DNA from: Phoronis australis
Lineage: Eukaryota > Animalia > Phoronida
NCBI GenBank assembly: GCA_002633005.1
Contig: NMRA01000183.1
Location: 666,397 to 730,396 of the forward strand
Direction of reading: 5' to 3'
Length of the DNA stretch: 64,000 nucleotides
This document shows, piece by piece, positions 1 to 14,340 of the stretch (its first letter is position 1; the number at the start of each line of letters is the position of its first letter). The notes under the pieces were generated by a model, which was not told the DNA's origin, made no database searches, and saw only the letters and a program-made list of their open reading frames with translations. A program made the position numbers and the translations under genes.

Positions 1-3000
1 TTATATTCAATTACCTCGACTGAAATCAATTTATAGCTTTCAGAAGTAATCCTCCGCGATTCGGTAATAATTTATTTATCCGCTTTAGTCCGACAACCAT
101 GTCACGCAATGGGCAATCCCGCAGACAGCGAAGAGAATGAACTCGGATCACGAAAAGATTTTAAATGAAGACAATCCATTGATTATTTGCAGAATGATTA
201 AGGCCCGTGTGGTCAGTGTAATTTGCCTAAGCGGCTCTCGACTGCTAAGTCTTTTACAGGGGAAACCACTGAGTTCTTCTCCGTCTTATATTGACTCATC
301 TATAGAAAACAAAGCGTAGGAGCATGAGTTTCATGGACTCCGATGGCTTGTTTACCACGTCATCGTAATCTAGAAAAAAAAAACGACTCAAGTGATGTAT
401 GTCTTTTACAGGAGTCCGAAAACAACTTTTTTTCTAAAGTAAGTTGCTTTCAAAAACCATCTCCGACATCACTGTTACGTGCGATTATTTAACCCAATGT
501 TATTTATGCATTCTAAACAAAGAGCATTAAATTTAGTTTGGCTCAAAATTTCCAGAACTGTTGGTTTTACGTCGGCAATGATTCCGTAAATGTGAGGTAC
601 AGGTTTGTGTATGTGTACAAGGGTGCTGGAATATTTCTTTTAGCATCCTTTTCAGTTCTGTAAGTGGAAGTCTTGGCTTAAACTCAGGACAGAGACTTGT
701 AAATGTCGTAGTTACTACGGTCGTTGATACAGGTTATAATATTCAGACATAATCACAGCTTAGTCTCCGAACCAGGTTAGTAAGAGTGACTGTGTTAATT
801 AAAACTGAAGTTAGATTCTTTTTAGCCAAGACCGGATTTTGATAAACAGGCCCCGAACTTTTAGCAATGAGTCAACGAGTAAGTAAGTTTTTCGAAGAGT
901 TTGTCAATAACTAATCGTTTCATCGGGTATTGATGTGTATATATAATTAGACCAGCTATGTCGCGCAGAGCATGATTGCTAAAGGGGAAGTCGTACATGT
1001 AATTTGTTTAGAGTTCTTTCTTTGTGTTGCGATTTAGCCCACGTGTAGACACTGTCAACAATGTCATCACCACAGTCCACACTGTCTTGTAGCCAGCTGT
1101 TGAGAGATGTCACTTTAAGGTTTTGTCACTGACAGCGATTTTCCATGACAACCCCGTTATTTATTTCTCTTTTAGCGACAAATTTTGTGATTTTTAAAAA
1201 GCTTGAGTTATGTTTTTAAACGATATGTTTGTTTTCAATGTTTACTTTCTACTCTTGGCAAATTCTTTAACATCCTTTTGTGTGCAAGATATTCAAAAGT
1301 GTACAAGCGCTTCTTTAACTTATTTTTGGCAATTTTAAACATCGACTTATCTTCACAGCATGGGCATCAGATTCACTCTCATTTCATCTGTGGCCGATTC
1401 CTCAGACTTCAAATTTGAACGGATAACTTTCGACGGAGTAAACGATTGTGTCGAGTCCTGCTTAAAAATTGTAAACAATATACATGACACATAGTACAAC
1501 ATACATGTACACGAGATGGCCGGTAACTACATGCTTGGGCTAAAACAAAAAGGACCTTTGTCACCGACAAAAAACGACAATCACGGGAGTAGTTCTTTTG
1601 ATTTTTAAGAAATTGATTATGATTTTTCACTGTACGAGACGTCACCTGTGTTGACAACGGGCAGTCAAAAGGTTATTTGATGAAAGGTAAGTAGACTTCC
1701 AGTTAACTGGACGACATGTAATATACCAACAGTCATCGGCCGGGTGGGCACAATGAGGTGGCTTGTGTTAGCTCCCGTCGCACCCCCGACTACGAGCATG
1801 TTTCATTTTCAAATTGACGCAACTGAAATCATTCTGGAGACAGTCCAATGCACATGACCGTCCTGTGTGCCTCTTGTTAGGTTCTGAGATACCGGTGACA
1901 TAAATGAGCTGACACCAAATGGGGCCGACAGATGCTGAAAGAATATTAAATAAAGAGACTTAGTAAATTTTCTCTAGGGATTTCCGAGGATAATTACTGC
2001 CAAATGGTCACAAGATATGAAGTGCGGTGATATTGATCGTAAATCCCCGACCGACTTGTTTAAGCGGGTCGATAGACAACTCCAGCACTTCTTCAGTAGC
2101 AGCATACAAACAGATTCCCCGCCGTGATAAAAGAATATACGGTTAAAACAGCTCATACAACCATAGAATGCAATATGAACGTCAAACAAATTTATTTGGT
2201 TGTGAATATGTGTCTCGGACAGTTTTATCAAAAGTTTTACGCCTGGTCGTAGTTATATGACTGTCACTTTAGGTACGTTATTGAGAAAGTGAAGTCAGAA
2301 TTCTCCGCCATTTTGGATTTATCGCTGTGCCGCCGGCAAGTGAGATTCGTTGACTTGGGGACCGGTTGTTAGTGAGTAATAATGCCGTCTATTCGACTGG
2401 GCAAAGCATGTTTGACAAGGAGTAATTAATGGTTATCGCCTGAATGTCAGAAAATCGAGTAAAGTTGCAGTAAGGACAATCTGACTATTGACAAACTATT
2501 GTAACTAAATTTCGACAGCAACAACTAGTAAGACAGACATCAATCAGAGGCGAGGACGCCGGGCGAAGACCGACGGCTATTTTAGCAGGTAGAAGTCACC
2601 CATTATTGCCAACGGTAGTGACAAGCAAACTGTTATCAAGTGACACAAAATCCTGAAGCTTGCACCCAATTGGAAAGTCTATAAAAATTTCCAAATTTCC
2701 ATTGAGGTTCCAAGCGATTTTCAGCGAAAGTAGGCCATTGACCAACTTACAACAATGAGCAGCGCCTATTTCCTAGAAAATATACAACTGAGCTGTTGCC
2801 GAAATGTTGACATCAGAAAAATGATATATTGGCAAGCAAGAAAAGCAGAAGTTTTACTGAATTTATACCAAAAGGATGAATTTTCTTTCAGCCTCAGGCA
2901 TTCCTCTTGTAGGGTACCACCAAGTGTCGGCCCTCCGCGCACCACGGAATAAACGGTTCCACGCGAGATGAACGCTTAGCTTCAGGGTAGTTGGATAACT

Positions 3001-3502
3001 GAAATTAGTCTGACGTCATGCTCCTAACACTTTCCCATTGCCGACATTCAGCTCATAACCTACAGTTCACTAAACGTCTTCCCGCCACCTTTTGGTAAGT
3101 CGGAATTGATATAGTTGATCGTCTGTTATTAACAACAGAAAAGGTTCACATAAAAGTTGTCTCTTTGACACACTCGTTTTTCTCGTCCCCGTAAACATTA
3201 CAGATGAACATAAACGATTTCAACTATTTCCACGCACAACTTTTTGCCAAAACATGCAGCACGGTCTTGAAGGGTTGTTGTTCAGGTTATACACGCACAA
3301 ACAATAATATTTTACATTGTTAAAATAGACCTGAATAAATTGCCAGCCAAAAACCCTTTTTCTATGTATACTTGTATTGCACACATTGTTGAAATACAAT
3401 CCGTATATCGTCGCGCCTTTGGTGACTTTCCTATCTAAATGATAACAAGTGTTCTAGCAGTAAACAGAGGATAAGTGTCGCCAATTTCATTGTGAACTTA
3501 CG

Positions 3503-3812
3503 GTGTTCGACGATCAAGGTTCGTCACTACAAGACCCGTGATCTTTCTTTGATCCCCAATTTCTCGTTTTCCGGTGCAGAATAATATATCCGGTTGGTGC
3601 AGGAATATTTTCAAATAGCCAACCAGCTATATAGTTGGATACAGGAACTGTAACAGTGTTCGACGATGATCAGGGCTCGTCACTATGTACCTGAACTTTT
3701 TTTGGTGCCCCATTTCTTGTTTTCTATTGCAGAACAATTTTATTCATGTATTTAGTTGCTGTAAGAATGTCTCCAAATAGCCAATCAACTACATGTATAT
3801 TGATGGACGCAG
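3503..3812. repeat. Diverged tandem duplication, two copies of about 150 bp
   Basis: GTGTTCGACGAT..TCGTCACTA..TGCAGAA..CAAATAGCCAA occurs at about 3503-3645 and again at about 3657-3812. Confidence 0.8.
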
Positions 3813-4903
3813 ATCACGTGTTGTAAACCAGAAATCACTCTCGAAAGCGATGCTCGTTCATTGCAGTTTGCAGTCAGCTCAAAAAGTGACAAAACGTATG
3901 CCAATGTAGAACGACATCTAGTGTCCAAAAGTGTTTGCAGCCCTTGCATTTGACTAACACCCCTCATCCTACATTGTGAGCGATTAAAAGAATCACAACC
4001 AAGTTATCGCAGTTTACTTGAGCCACTTCGCGTTTTCACTTTGAATCAACAAATGAGTTGTTTTCCCCGCCGAAACAGCACTCAGAGCACTTTTGGGAAC
4101 AAATGCCACTTGTAGAAATCTTAGCATTTTATCGGAAAATCTCTAGTATTAACAAATCGACATAAGTTAGATGATAACTTTGCCGAGGCGAAATGGTCAC
4201 AAATTAAGTTTATATAGTTTCTCACAAATTACATGAAACCGGAACTAATTTGGGTATTAACTTGATAGGTAACTTTTCATATTAGCAGGCTCTCTAAAGT
4301 AATGAGGGCACGAAAGTAATTTTCGATTATGTGTTGCCGGAAGGTCAATTACTACATAGTGGCTCATTAGTGTAAAAACCAGAGAAGTAAATTCCATTGA
4401 CAGACCCTCCTATTGTTTGAAGAGTTTAAGTTCACTAATTTAGTTTATTTTTGACACCAGCCGAGATCATCTGCAGGCACTGGCTTTGTCACCTGGTCGC
4501 TGTCAATCGAATTTTAATATGGCGTGGCTATTTTGAAAGTCGACCTTTGTGAAGGGAGCACCACGCCGCGGCAGATCAGTGATCTCAAAACTGGTCTTGC
4601 ACACCCATGATATCGTTTCAATAAGTGACTACATGCATGTATTAATAACAGTCTTTGTTAACTGACACTTAATTCGGGACTAAGATATATGAACGCAACA
4701 AAAGTTCTTGATTTGTTATCAGTTATTTACTCGAGCGAATTCAACTCGAACGACTGGCTTAGCAGGATGAGATCCGTGTTATGCTGTGCAATCCTAATTC
4801 TCGAACTGGAATGTCAGTCACACTCGTCATTTTCCTACCTTTGAGATCACGCTACCATGCTGTGCCAATGGATGTCACAGTCTTATAGTAAATCAAAGAC
4901 CTG

Positions 4904-5304
4904 GGCCCGGTCTCCAATCTTTTTACTCGAAATGGAACTCGAAATTAGGTTTGGCATTTTCTACTCTACTTTTGGGCGAACTCAAGATAAGTGTCTATTA
5001 TTCTATGCTCGAGTACACAATAACTTACGTAGATAATTTATTGCCCTTAATTCACAGTTTGTAAACCCAATATTAAAGCAATAAGTTCGAGTTTGAACTC
5101 GAAATTTCGAGTTTTTACTCGAGTTTGTAGCACAAATATAAGAGTCTTCAAGGGCAAACTTGAACTAGAAACTCCTATGCATAAACTATAATGTATTCGA
5201 GCACAGTCTGATAACCAATTATCTTAAGTTCGCACAAAAGGAGCAGAGAAATTGCCAAAAATAGTTTCGAGTTCGTTTCGAGTACAAAGATTAGAGACCG
5301 GGCC
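4904..5304. mobile_element. Near-palindromic MITE, PIF/Harbinger-like
   Basis: TIR GGCCCGGTCTC(C/T)AATCTTT(T/G)TACTCGAAA at both ends, with inverted similarity extending more than 100 bp inward. Flanked by a CTG direct repeat (4901-4903, 5305-5307), the CWG-type 3-bp TSD seen in Harbinger-like elements. Confidence 0.85.
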
Positions 5305-5567
5305 CTGATGGTGGTCTTAGAAATCTAAATATGTATACATTACTGAGGGCTATTATTAAAGCAGAACCAACTTATGAACCGATGTGTTTATCCTATTGTC
5401 TTCGGATTCAGTCTCTTTAGTACAGTTTAGCCTATACTGAAGTTATTAGCCAGAGATGAATCTGAAATATAGTTTATCGGGCCAGTTAATTGTGCACGCA
5501 GCGGTGCCTGGTTCCCTATGGAGGTCACGACTTCACCCACGTTGTAGCGTATTGCTGCGCCATAAAG

Positions 5568-5813
5568 CAGAAGCGAATCTAAAGGGGAGGGCGGTGGTCC
5601 AGGGGGTTCAAACCCTCATCGGGACAGGATAAAAAAAATTGAAAAAGTCGCCAGAAAAAAAAAAACGAAATCAGTCACAAAAAACCATAAGGAATATTAC
5701 ACGGGAGGGGGGCGGGGGAACTCCTCCCGGCCTTCCTTCCGCTCGGTGCAACGCGCCTCGGATTCGCTCGAATCCTAACCCCCCCTTACTGAAAGCGCAC
5801 GGATCTGTCACTG
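5568..5813. mobile_element. Old non-autonomous DNA transposon (CAG..CTG termini, G/C-run subterminals), hAT-like
   Basis: Degenerate TIRs CAGAAGCGAATCTA / CAGTGACAGATCCG (reverse complement). Flanks TAAAG / TTAAG match at 4 of 5 positions as a putative 5-bp TSD. Confidence 0.55.
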
Positions 5814-8154
5814 TTAAGCTCATGGGGGTCTGTGCGGAACTGTGCTTACACGTACGCAAAACAGGTATGATTTCGGTCCTCGTTTATCCAAGGAAAACAA
5901 CTTTCTGCAGTCCAAAATATATATGATGAGAATTTGTGAAAACAGGTAAACGTCGCTATAACTCGGCGTCAAATTGACTACTTTTTTCAATTTCTTGCTA
6001 AAATAAGACTTTAAAGTCAAAGCAGTTGGGAAATTGATATTTTAAATCTTCTCATTAATGGGCTTTTTGCGGTTTTGGTAGGCTCAACGAAATGAGGAAA
6101 CCTCCATTCCATCGGTCGCTGAAATATTGAATATTCGATGAAAATATACGACAAGCTCGTTACACAAGAGTGTATGGACAACACATTCGCAACTACCACG
6201 TTTTCTAGCGAAATATCATAGAAGAGTCGTCGCCCTCTAAACATAGCAAAATCAGCTTCCGGTTAGTGTTATTTATGACGGTAAATTCTTCCATCTATTT
6301 TACTATCTAGTACAACGAAAAAAATCGACATTGAAACGCTGTTCAGTGTCTTCCAACAGTAGAGTCCAGAACATTTGAGCGGCACAGGTTTGTATTCGAG
6401 CTTAAAATGAAATGTCAAGTAAACTGCTGTTAAAGTGCCAGATTGGTTGTTAAAGTGCGAGATTGGTTGTTATTTGAAGAGTGTTAATGCGTAAGATCAC
6501 ACATTTCGTCCATTGAAAATATACGGAGTTGGAGTTTGCACTATAGTCAATGGTTACACACGGTCTGATATATGTATGGTGTTTTGACCACCGAAGCATC
6601 TGCCCTGCGTAATGCTCCTTCATAATTGAGGAAGACTCTAGATGAAATATTGATAAAACGGAATGTGTTGCCGAGATTTAATTGACATTTCAAATCGCCT
6701 CATCTGACAGAAAATAATTAGTGCCTGTAGACTCGTGTCCGCCTTGTTAGCCGTACTTCGTGAATAATTAAACTAGCAACGGCCCACTCACGATTACAGC
6801 CGTTTTTAAACAAACGCTAAAGTGCTCTTTTGCACAGACCTGATAATGAACACAATGACACTGAAGAACGTCCGGCGGTTTTTCAGCAAGTTTCATTTCA
6901 AAAGAGGGAAGCCATCTCAATACTGGTGTTTCAGCGAAACGACGAGGTGGTACCCGAATATGCGAAACGCTGGCAAGTGAAACAAATCACCCCAGTTTCT
7001 TGATCCCACAACGTTTGCAAGGAACTTCTCTCACAAATTAAACGAAGCAATCTGTATAATAAAATGCAGTGCTCTTTGCTCTGAAAATTTACACATATCG
7101 AACTAAGGCAACAACTAACCTGAGAATATTAAGCAAGATGTAATTGTGTCACGGTGTTCACTAGTATATAGGGAGAATACCGTTGTGAACGAAGGCGCGC
7201 AGCTGAAGATTTTAAATTTGCATCTTGGAGTTTTTTCACTTCCATTGTCAAACCTATTGGGCGGATTTACTCAGGATTTTATAACCACTTTTTGATGCGC
7301 AACTGTCGAGGCCCGGGTTCGAATCCGGCATCGGTTTCCCGCCAATATGTTATCTCACTAGTGAGATATCTTTATGGGTTATTACACGGTTATATCTGCC
7401 ATTCGAGGCTAATATTGCGGTATAAATAATTTTATCCCTGTACTATACTGCTTAGAGAATACATAGACAACGAATAATCAATTTGCCTCGATCGTTAAAA
7501 ATATCGTGATAAATTAAGTAATAATCAAGAAGAAATTGCAAGACATCACCCATAAATATATATTATCTATTCATTACGATTAACATTTGGTAGTGATACC
7601 ATATTCTGCATTTTTGCGGGAACTAGCGTGTAAGCACTTCGCTGGGCTGCAGAATTTGTAGAAATATTCACTCGAAGCCCCATTCAAATATTATGGATTT
7701 GAACATCGGATGCTGAATATGTACATGTACAAGATAATAACAAAGCAACAACCAAATAGTGATTGAGGTATTCCATTCTGCCTTTCTTGAATGCAAAATG
7801 GCCAAGTCATTACAGTCAGAAACCTTGCTGTATTATATTTTAAATCCACCCGACTGTGAGCTAGCGGCTGGAACGAGTCCAGATACTATAGTTCACATGT
7901 ACGTGGGGATTTCCAGAAGACAATTAGGTACATGCCTGCACGTCGGCAATGTATAACTTTGTAACTAAGGGCCCGTTTACTAATGACTGAAGTGAAAGTC
8001 AATCACAGATACACAGACAGATGACGTTTCAAAGAATTTTTCAAATGTAACATTATTAAAATCGCCCTTTCATCTTGGGAGTATCAAACCATGATTCAGG
8101 TAAACGGTGATGAGAACCACAGAGACTGATCATTTATTACTTTTACAATATTTC

Positions 8155-8402
8155 CATGTGCGCACCCAGCCTAAACAAGCTGGGGGGGGGGCTCGAATTT
8201 TTTAGAACGTGGACTTTTTACTAAGATTCGCGGGGTAATTTCAGAGTTATGGAAATTGGTAGTTCCTGGCTTTTTAGTGGACTTTGACTCGTTTTCTACT
8301 TTTTCCGGAGTTTTTGTTTCTTTGGAGCTGACCTTTTTGCACACTTCGCCAAATGGGGGATCGTTCGAGCCACCGAGCGCCCCACCCCTGTGAGCGTACA
8401 TG
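8155..8402 (+). mobile_element. MITE with CATG termini; same family as 45286-45505
   Basis: The start CATGTGCGCACCCAGCCTAAA..GAATTTT..GTGGACTTTTTACT matches the reverse complement of about 45440-45505. It ends GCGTACATG. Flanks are ATTTC / GTTTC. Confidence 0.75.
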
Positions 8403-8570
8403 GTTTCTAAAGGCAAATCGGTTGTAATTAGTTCAGCACATTCAACATAACACGTTATTCAAGTTGTTTAAATAACTCCGTAAATGAAGTAGGTACGGTT
8501 GATCGTGTTCCTTAATCAAGAAGGTTAGAAAACTGATTATTCTACGAGGGTGAAGCGCCAAGACTTTTCA

Positions 8571-8825
8571 TTGATTATTTCCATTGCAAACACGTTTCCA
8601 AAGAGTCTGTTGAGAGCTGGAATTAGCGTAACACATTTAACATAATACATAATCCATAATGTTTTAGGGAATGTCTGTTAATCATGGAGGTACGGGAATC
8701 TGATTATACCATGATGGGGGAAATGCCGGGGCTCGTCACTGATTATTTTATTGCGTTTTCGAAGTGTCTGCTGAGAGCTGAAATTAGCGAAGCACATTTG
8801 TCATGAAACGTAATCCAATTCATTT
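8571..8825. repeat. Diverged local duplication, about 90-bp core, spacing about 170 bp
   Basis: TGATTATTT..GTCTG(T/C)TGAGAGCTG(G/A)AATTAGCG..CACATTT..TAATCCA occurs at about 8571-8660 and about 8741-8825. Confidence 0.7.
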
Positions 8826-11049
8826 CAATGCCCATGGTGCACGTTGCTAAGTTACAAGTTCGGCAGACGTAAGATCTGTGAAGCCAACACGCTCGATCAT
8901 TTCACGAGCGCACAGCATACGATGTTCAAACCGAATGCGTGCTATAAAAACATTTGTGAAAACTAGATAAAACAACTTCACAAAATCTCTATTAAATGAT
9001 TTTTAACGCAATGTTTGGTATTCGCATGGTTATCCCCTGAAGATTGACAAACGTGTCTGACACAAGACCTCTTTTAATCCAACAAAAGCGAAGTCAGTTA
9101 TGATTTTCAGACGATACGAGAGCAATCACGTTTTTGTTGCATTGGATTGTATTTGTTCATACACTCTTCCCTCTCCTTGACAGTTTTGGAGCGAATCTGC
9201 TAGGATTTAGCTCCCGAGTTTCGTTAAAAATTGGCACCTGTTGGGTTGGATTGGCATTTTATTATTATTTTTGATACATGAGAGAGATAGGAACACCAAT
9301 TGATGAGTCTGTTCTTTCTAAGTGGAAGATTGTCAGTTATGGACCGTTTGGCGCACACTTTGCTCAGAAATGTCTTAAAAACATTTACTGCTAGGAAGCA
9401 GGAAGTTGAAATTTAGCAGGAAATTCATGACAACTTGAGGGAGATAGGCGCTCTATCACACTTCCATATAAACGAAGTGTAGCTTCACAGGGGGTCTGTA
9501 ACATATGTCGAACAATGAAAACATAACACCAAGTATTTCAACAGCACAACTTAAAGGTCTATGTCCAGTGAATGGAATGTGTAGAAACGGCACCCAATGT
9601 GAATTAGATTCGACACATCTTTTATGGAGTATTAAATGTTTGAGAATAAAATATACAAAAGTAGATTCTGTAACGTAAATATGCCATATAACAAACCACG
9701 CGTCTACTTCTTGTAAAAGACATTTGATAGAAACATTTTGTGTTAATGTTGTGGTGAAAGCACTAATAATTATCAGGCTTCAACTTCCAGTTTTCAAGGA
9801 ATATCAGTGTGAAATAAATACAGAATATCAGTGTGAAATAAATACCTCAAGATTTCGTACATTTTACAGGCTATTATCACTCCTTTACCTTATGAAAGGA
9901 TGTTATAGGTTTTACTCTCCAAACCACGTTTTGGTTTTTTTGTAATATTGGCGTTTTGGAACTTTTGTCATTGATTCGAGATATAAAGTAGCAAACTGTG
10001 TTGAATTTGCGGGATTTTATTAAAAATTTACGATTCTTAACAAAGGTTGGTCAGCAAAACTTAAGAAAAACCAAGTCTTCGGTCATATTAACTTTAATTC
10101 GGTGTTCCACCAACAACAAAAATTCAGGGCTAGCAAAGCGCGTTTACTATAAAATAACTAGTTTTAAAATAACGACGGAAATCAAAAAATAAAGACCCGG
10201 AAGTAATAACAATACCAGAATACATGGTTGGATACTTATCCACGAACACAAACGAGAAATGTTTAAATAGATACGAATCATAAAGGGTGACACTGGAGAA
10301 ACAGGCAGGGAGACAATAACTAGTTTATAACTAGCACACTAAGCTCTCCGCCGTGGTGGAGGTGCATCGTCTCGCCAGAGAAGAGGCCAAATGAGTAACG
10401 TAGGTCAACAGAAGGTCAGCAGGAACGGCACTGTCTGTCGTGCCAGAAGTCTACGGCAGTATCGACAGGAGGTACGTGGAAGGATCACGGAGTCAATTGT
10501 ACATCAATGGTTGGCTCGGTGATATACAGAGAGAGATCTGTTGAGGCAAGTTCCAGAGATGAATTCCAATGTTCAGACGAAAGGGAAACTTTAACAAGAA
10601 GATCGTCGAAGGAGTCGTTGGAAAGACGAAATGGTGGGAGTGAGGTCATTGTTGTAGTCTAACCTACTGCAAAACAGTCAGATACGTACATGCACAGTGA
10701 ATTTCTTGCAGCAGAACTGAGGACGGGTGAACATCTTTAAACATTACCCGTTACCACACACGAAGGTCAATCAACTTAACAAAAATACAAGTCCAACTGT
10801 GTTAGAGACATGCAACCATGGATCTTGTGTTTGGCACTGGAGAAGTGGTTAAAATTTCTAGACCGTTGCTAACTCAAAACGGTTCCCTGTCGACTGGTCG
10901 AAGTTGCTCTCCAGTAAACAAGTTCAGTTGAGTTGAAAAGTCACACGAAGAACGTCAAGACTAATGCTAATGTTAGTGTAGGTGGAGATACTGGGTCAGC
11001 CGATGGAGACAGGTAGAGCAATATCAGTTCTTTGATAGAGCGCTTGGCC

Positions 11050-13450
11050 ACGGGATTCATTTTATATTCTTCACTCGACACAGTTCCAGATAAATGCCCC
11101 TGCGACACGAGCTGAATATCCTTTGTCATGAACGTGAAGCTAGGAGCATATAAGGCGCGAATGGGAATCACAATGCCACCGAGGAGGCGAACCTGTGAGC
11201 ACATCTAAGTCCGCTGTGCGCTCGAAAGCCTGCTTACCTTCTTCATCAGTTCCCTTGTGAACTGCATTCAACGATCACCCAACTGAAAACCCAACTCCGC
11301 TGAATATCTCTAAAATGCTTCAGTCACACGGTCGGTCTCAATATTCGGTAGAGCCATTGCTACCGGGTACCTGGAATCAAAATTTACCTGTACTAGCGGG
11401 AGGATGTACATATTTCTTTTCCCCTTGCTTGATACTGGAGCTATGATGTCTAGCAGGTTACGCTCTTTATTCTAGAAAAGCTCCTCCATCAAATACATCT
11501 TTCCTAGTGGTACCTTGAACACTCGCAATTTCGGTATGTCTTTTAGAAGACGTCACATGATCTGAGGAACCGGGTTACTTCTGATGCCACTTTTGGCCAG
11601 TGAAAGCTGGTGGTGATACAGTCAATTATCTTCCTAATACGAAATGTCCACCGGGTGTAGATTCGTGAGCGAGTCTCATCGAGGAGCACCGTAACCTGCT
11701 CGACACGACAACATGGTTCACTCCATCGCCATCTTTTATTCTGAACAACCCATAGAGTATCATTCACTGGTCCTATATTATGTATGACCCCTTGCCTTTA
11801 GTATATCATTCGACCTTGACTTCAGCTTGATCCCACAACTTTTTCAGTGACCTACTTTGGACTGCTGTAGTCCCACCTCTTGCATGGTCGGAGATATAGC
11901 TAACGGTTTGATGTACACTTTTTGCCACTGTGCTTGAGCCCTGGTAGTCACAGCTGGTGCTTCTAAGCGGGATTCTTCAGGATCTGACTCCACTGTAATA
12001 CCGACCAACTTCACTCCCTCTAGAGTTGAGGTCATTGGGATCTCCTCTTAGCAAGTAGTACCCTCTTAGAGTCATCTCCACTAGGCTGTTACCTGACTTG
12101 TCGGAAGGTTATATCTGTTGGTTCGACTAAACGGGATCTAATCACATTAGCTGTGCAGCCAGGGCCTCTCTGCACTGGAAAATTCTTCGTGCCAACATAC
12201 AAGTCTTTCAGACTCAACTTTCCTTTGAAGGGCACTTCACCGGTGACCTCTTCTCACCTTTGTGGTTCATTGCTACTAGCTTTTGGGGCGGCTTCACTTG
12301 AGTCCGCTTTCGACAGTCTCTGATCAGTTGCCCAGCTTTGTGGCAGAAGAAGCACTTTCCACTGCGAGATTAATCTTCTAGTCGACCGCTGGATGTCTGG
12401 CTTAACTGGTCGTTTTTGGGACCTTTTCATTGACGACTAGTGAGTACTTCTTTTATACATTCCGTGGGCTTTTAACTACCTCCCCACCAAGATAAAAATG
12501 TTTGAAACAGACTTGGGTGAGTGCTGTCACAGGAACAAGACCAGGTCTTCAGTAGAGGTGTCCACGTGTTGCTAACCCACCAACAATTCTTCAACTCACC
12601 AAATTCTTCGATGCAATCAGGCCTGTCAATACACAAGTCTAGATACTGCTAAAGTCCGGCCACAAAATGGTAAGCCTTCTCACCTCCCTCGGCTCTTGCT
12701 TCCTGGAATACTTAGGAAATCTCTACCCTGCATGACCTTTTTAGAGTAGCATATTCTACTGCATCGGCCATAGGGAGCACGGTGTCAGCCTATAGGCTCT
12801 TTTCCTAAGGGATCTAAGTCTTATTGTCCATTCACTTTAGGTCCAATCTCAACGAATCTTTCCAACCTTTCGAGGAAGTTGTCCTTCTCATCCTGCTTTT
12901 CGTCCAACCAAGGTAGGTTGGGTTTGGCACAGTTGTAGTCATAGCGTTACCCCCAGGTTTCAGTGCTGCTGACGACCTCTTGTGTTCCATTCTTTCTATC
13001 TACATGTGCTGTTCAGCCTCGAGGGCTTGCCTTCTCTCTTCAGTCTCACGGGCTTGCACGTCACGGGCCTATGAGCTTGCTGTTTTGTTGCAACTAATTT
13101 CCATTTAGTGGTGCATTTCAGATACTGTTTTTTGAAAGGTCTGATACCAGTCTTTCTTTTGGTAATCGCCAGGCTCAGTCATCTGTCCGACGTCACAAAG
13201 CAAACACCAATTATCTGCCACGCTGATTGAATGCACTGATGTAAACATGCATCGATTTAAAACTGTGATATTAAGGGCGGGGGGCGACCTCGGTTTAACC
13301 AGTTGATATAGAGAAGCATTGCAAGTACAAGATGACACTGAACGGCCAGGTTATCTAATTTCTCAAGTTCATGTTTATCGTCGTCTACCTGCAGGCCCAT
13401 TTCCTGTAAGAGGCCCAGCACCCCCTCACTTCTGTTCTTGTCTCCATAGT
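11050..13450 (-). pseudogene. Decayed gag-protease-integrase of a Gmr1-type Ty3/Gypsy LTR retrotransposon
   Basis: Minus-strand translation with stops and frameshifts. Gag: AKPNLPWLDEKQDEKDNFLERLERF, FQEARAEGGE. Zinc knuckle: CFFCHKAGQLIRDC (about 12310-12360). Degenerate protease: GCTANVIRSRLV, then AVTTRAQ. Immediately after comes integrase: GGHF..RKIIDCITTSFHWPKVASEVTRFLRSCDVF and SRYPVAMALPNIETDRVTEAF. No RT lies between protease and integrase. Confidence 0.85.
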
Positions 13451-13500
13451 GAGTTGACAATTCTAAAAGCCGACTTCATTACACCTTCTAACCGTCATTT

Positions 13501-13520
13501 ATCTCATGACGAGCTCGCAA
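13501..13520 (-). promoter_or_regulatory. Degenerate tRNA-Pro primer-binding site of the Gmr1-type element
   Basis: Minus strand reads TGTGACA-AT-TTGCGAGCTCGTCATGAGAT, compared with the canonical tRNA-Pro PBS TGGGGGCTCGTCCGGGAT. Confidence 0.65.
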
Positions 13521-14340
13521 ATTGTCACATTTCCCCCGTGGATGGTAGGGCGAACAATGTAACTGACTGTGCATAAGTGCTTTTGGTGCGAAGACACACA
13601 GAACTGGTTCAAAATAATGAAATTGTTAACCTCGACCGTATGTTCATAATTCAAACAAAAAACGTCCGTTGCATCGTCCAGCCAGTGCTGCGAAGTCCTG
13701 AATTGTAATGATCTCTTCAGTCACTTGCAGCAACTGCTACAATCGTTACTTCAGTAACCTGCTGGCTCTATATGGACTGTAACACTAATTAAACTTCAAA
13801 TGACTTTCCTCTTAACATAAACTCAACTGCCCTATTAACTTTAGTATTTTACAATGTTCTTGGAGTTTTTACCTGTAAAAAACACTTTCTGGAGCGTTCT
13901 AGCATTAAACAAGACAATCTTCTCCGGATTATTCTAAACACAAACAAATTTCTAAAATATTCCAGACTATGGTTGTATTTACTAATCACTTACATGATGT
14001 AGAATTCTTCTAGAATGACCTCTAATTTTCAATTGTCAACAAATTGCGTCATACGTCATCACTTTCCTCGCCCCATGGGTAATTTTCCTGGGTTATTCTC
14101 TAATAGTCTATGTAAGCGACTTACATCATCAAATGCTATCTGCTAGTAAAGAAATAGAAACTGTAATAGATTATGTATTACGACCGCTAGATGGCGTGTT
14201 GTTTGATGTACACTCTCCTCTGTCTGAAATATAGATATGAAGTGACCTCCTGGAAAGATGGCTGTTGTGTGTCTTGTGGGCACGGACTCGAATCGAATCG
14301 GGAACCATCAACATTAACAGTTGGCGACGAGGTAAAAAAA

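Noticed and set aside
660-855. Possible Harbinger-like MITE ending TTTTGATAAACAGGCCCC
   Set aside because: Only one terminus is recognisable, with no TSD.
6838-7003. Acceptor-like TTTTGCACAG followed by an open frame with two KR sites (neuropeptide-like)
   Set aside because: No repeated peptide motif, amidation signal or clear donor; compatible with chance.
7300-7345. Pol III B-box GGTTCGAATCC (7316-7326) suggesting a tRNA
   Set aside because: No A-box or cloverleaf; at most a SINE-head fragment.
10170-10760. Candidate 3' LTR of the Gmr1-type element
   Set aside because: No visible similarity to the inferred 5' LTR and no clear PPT.
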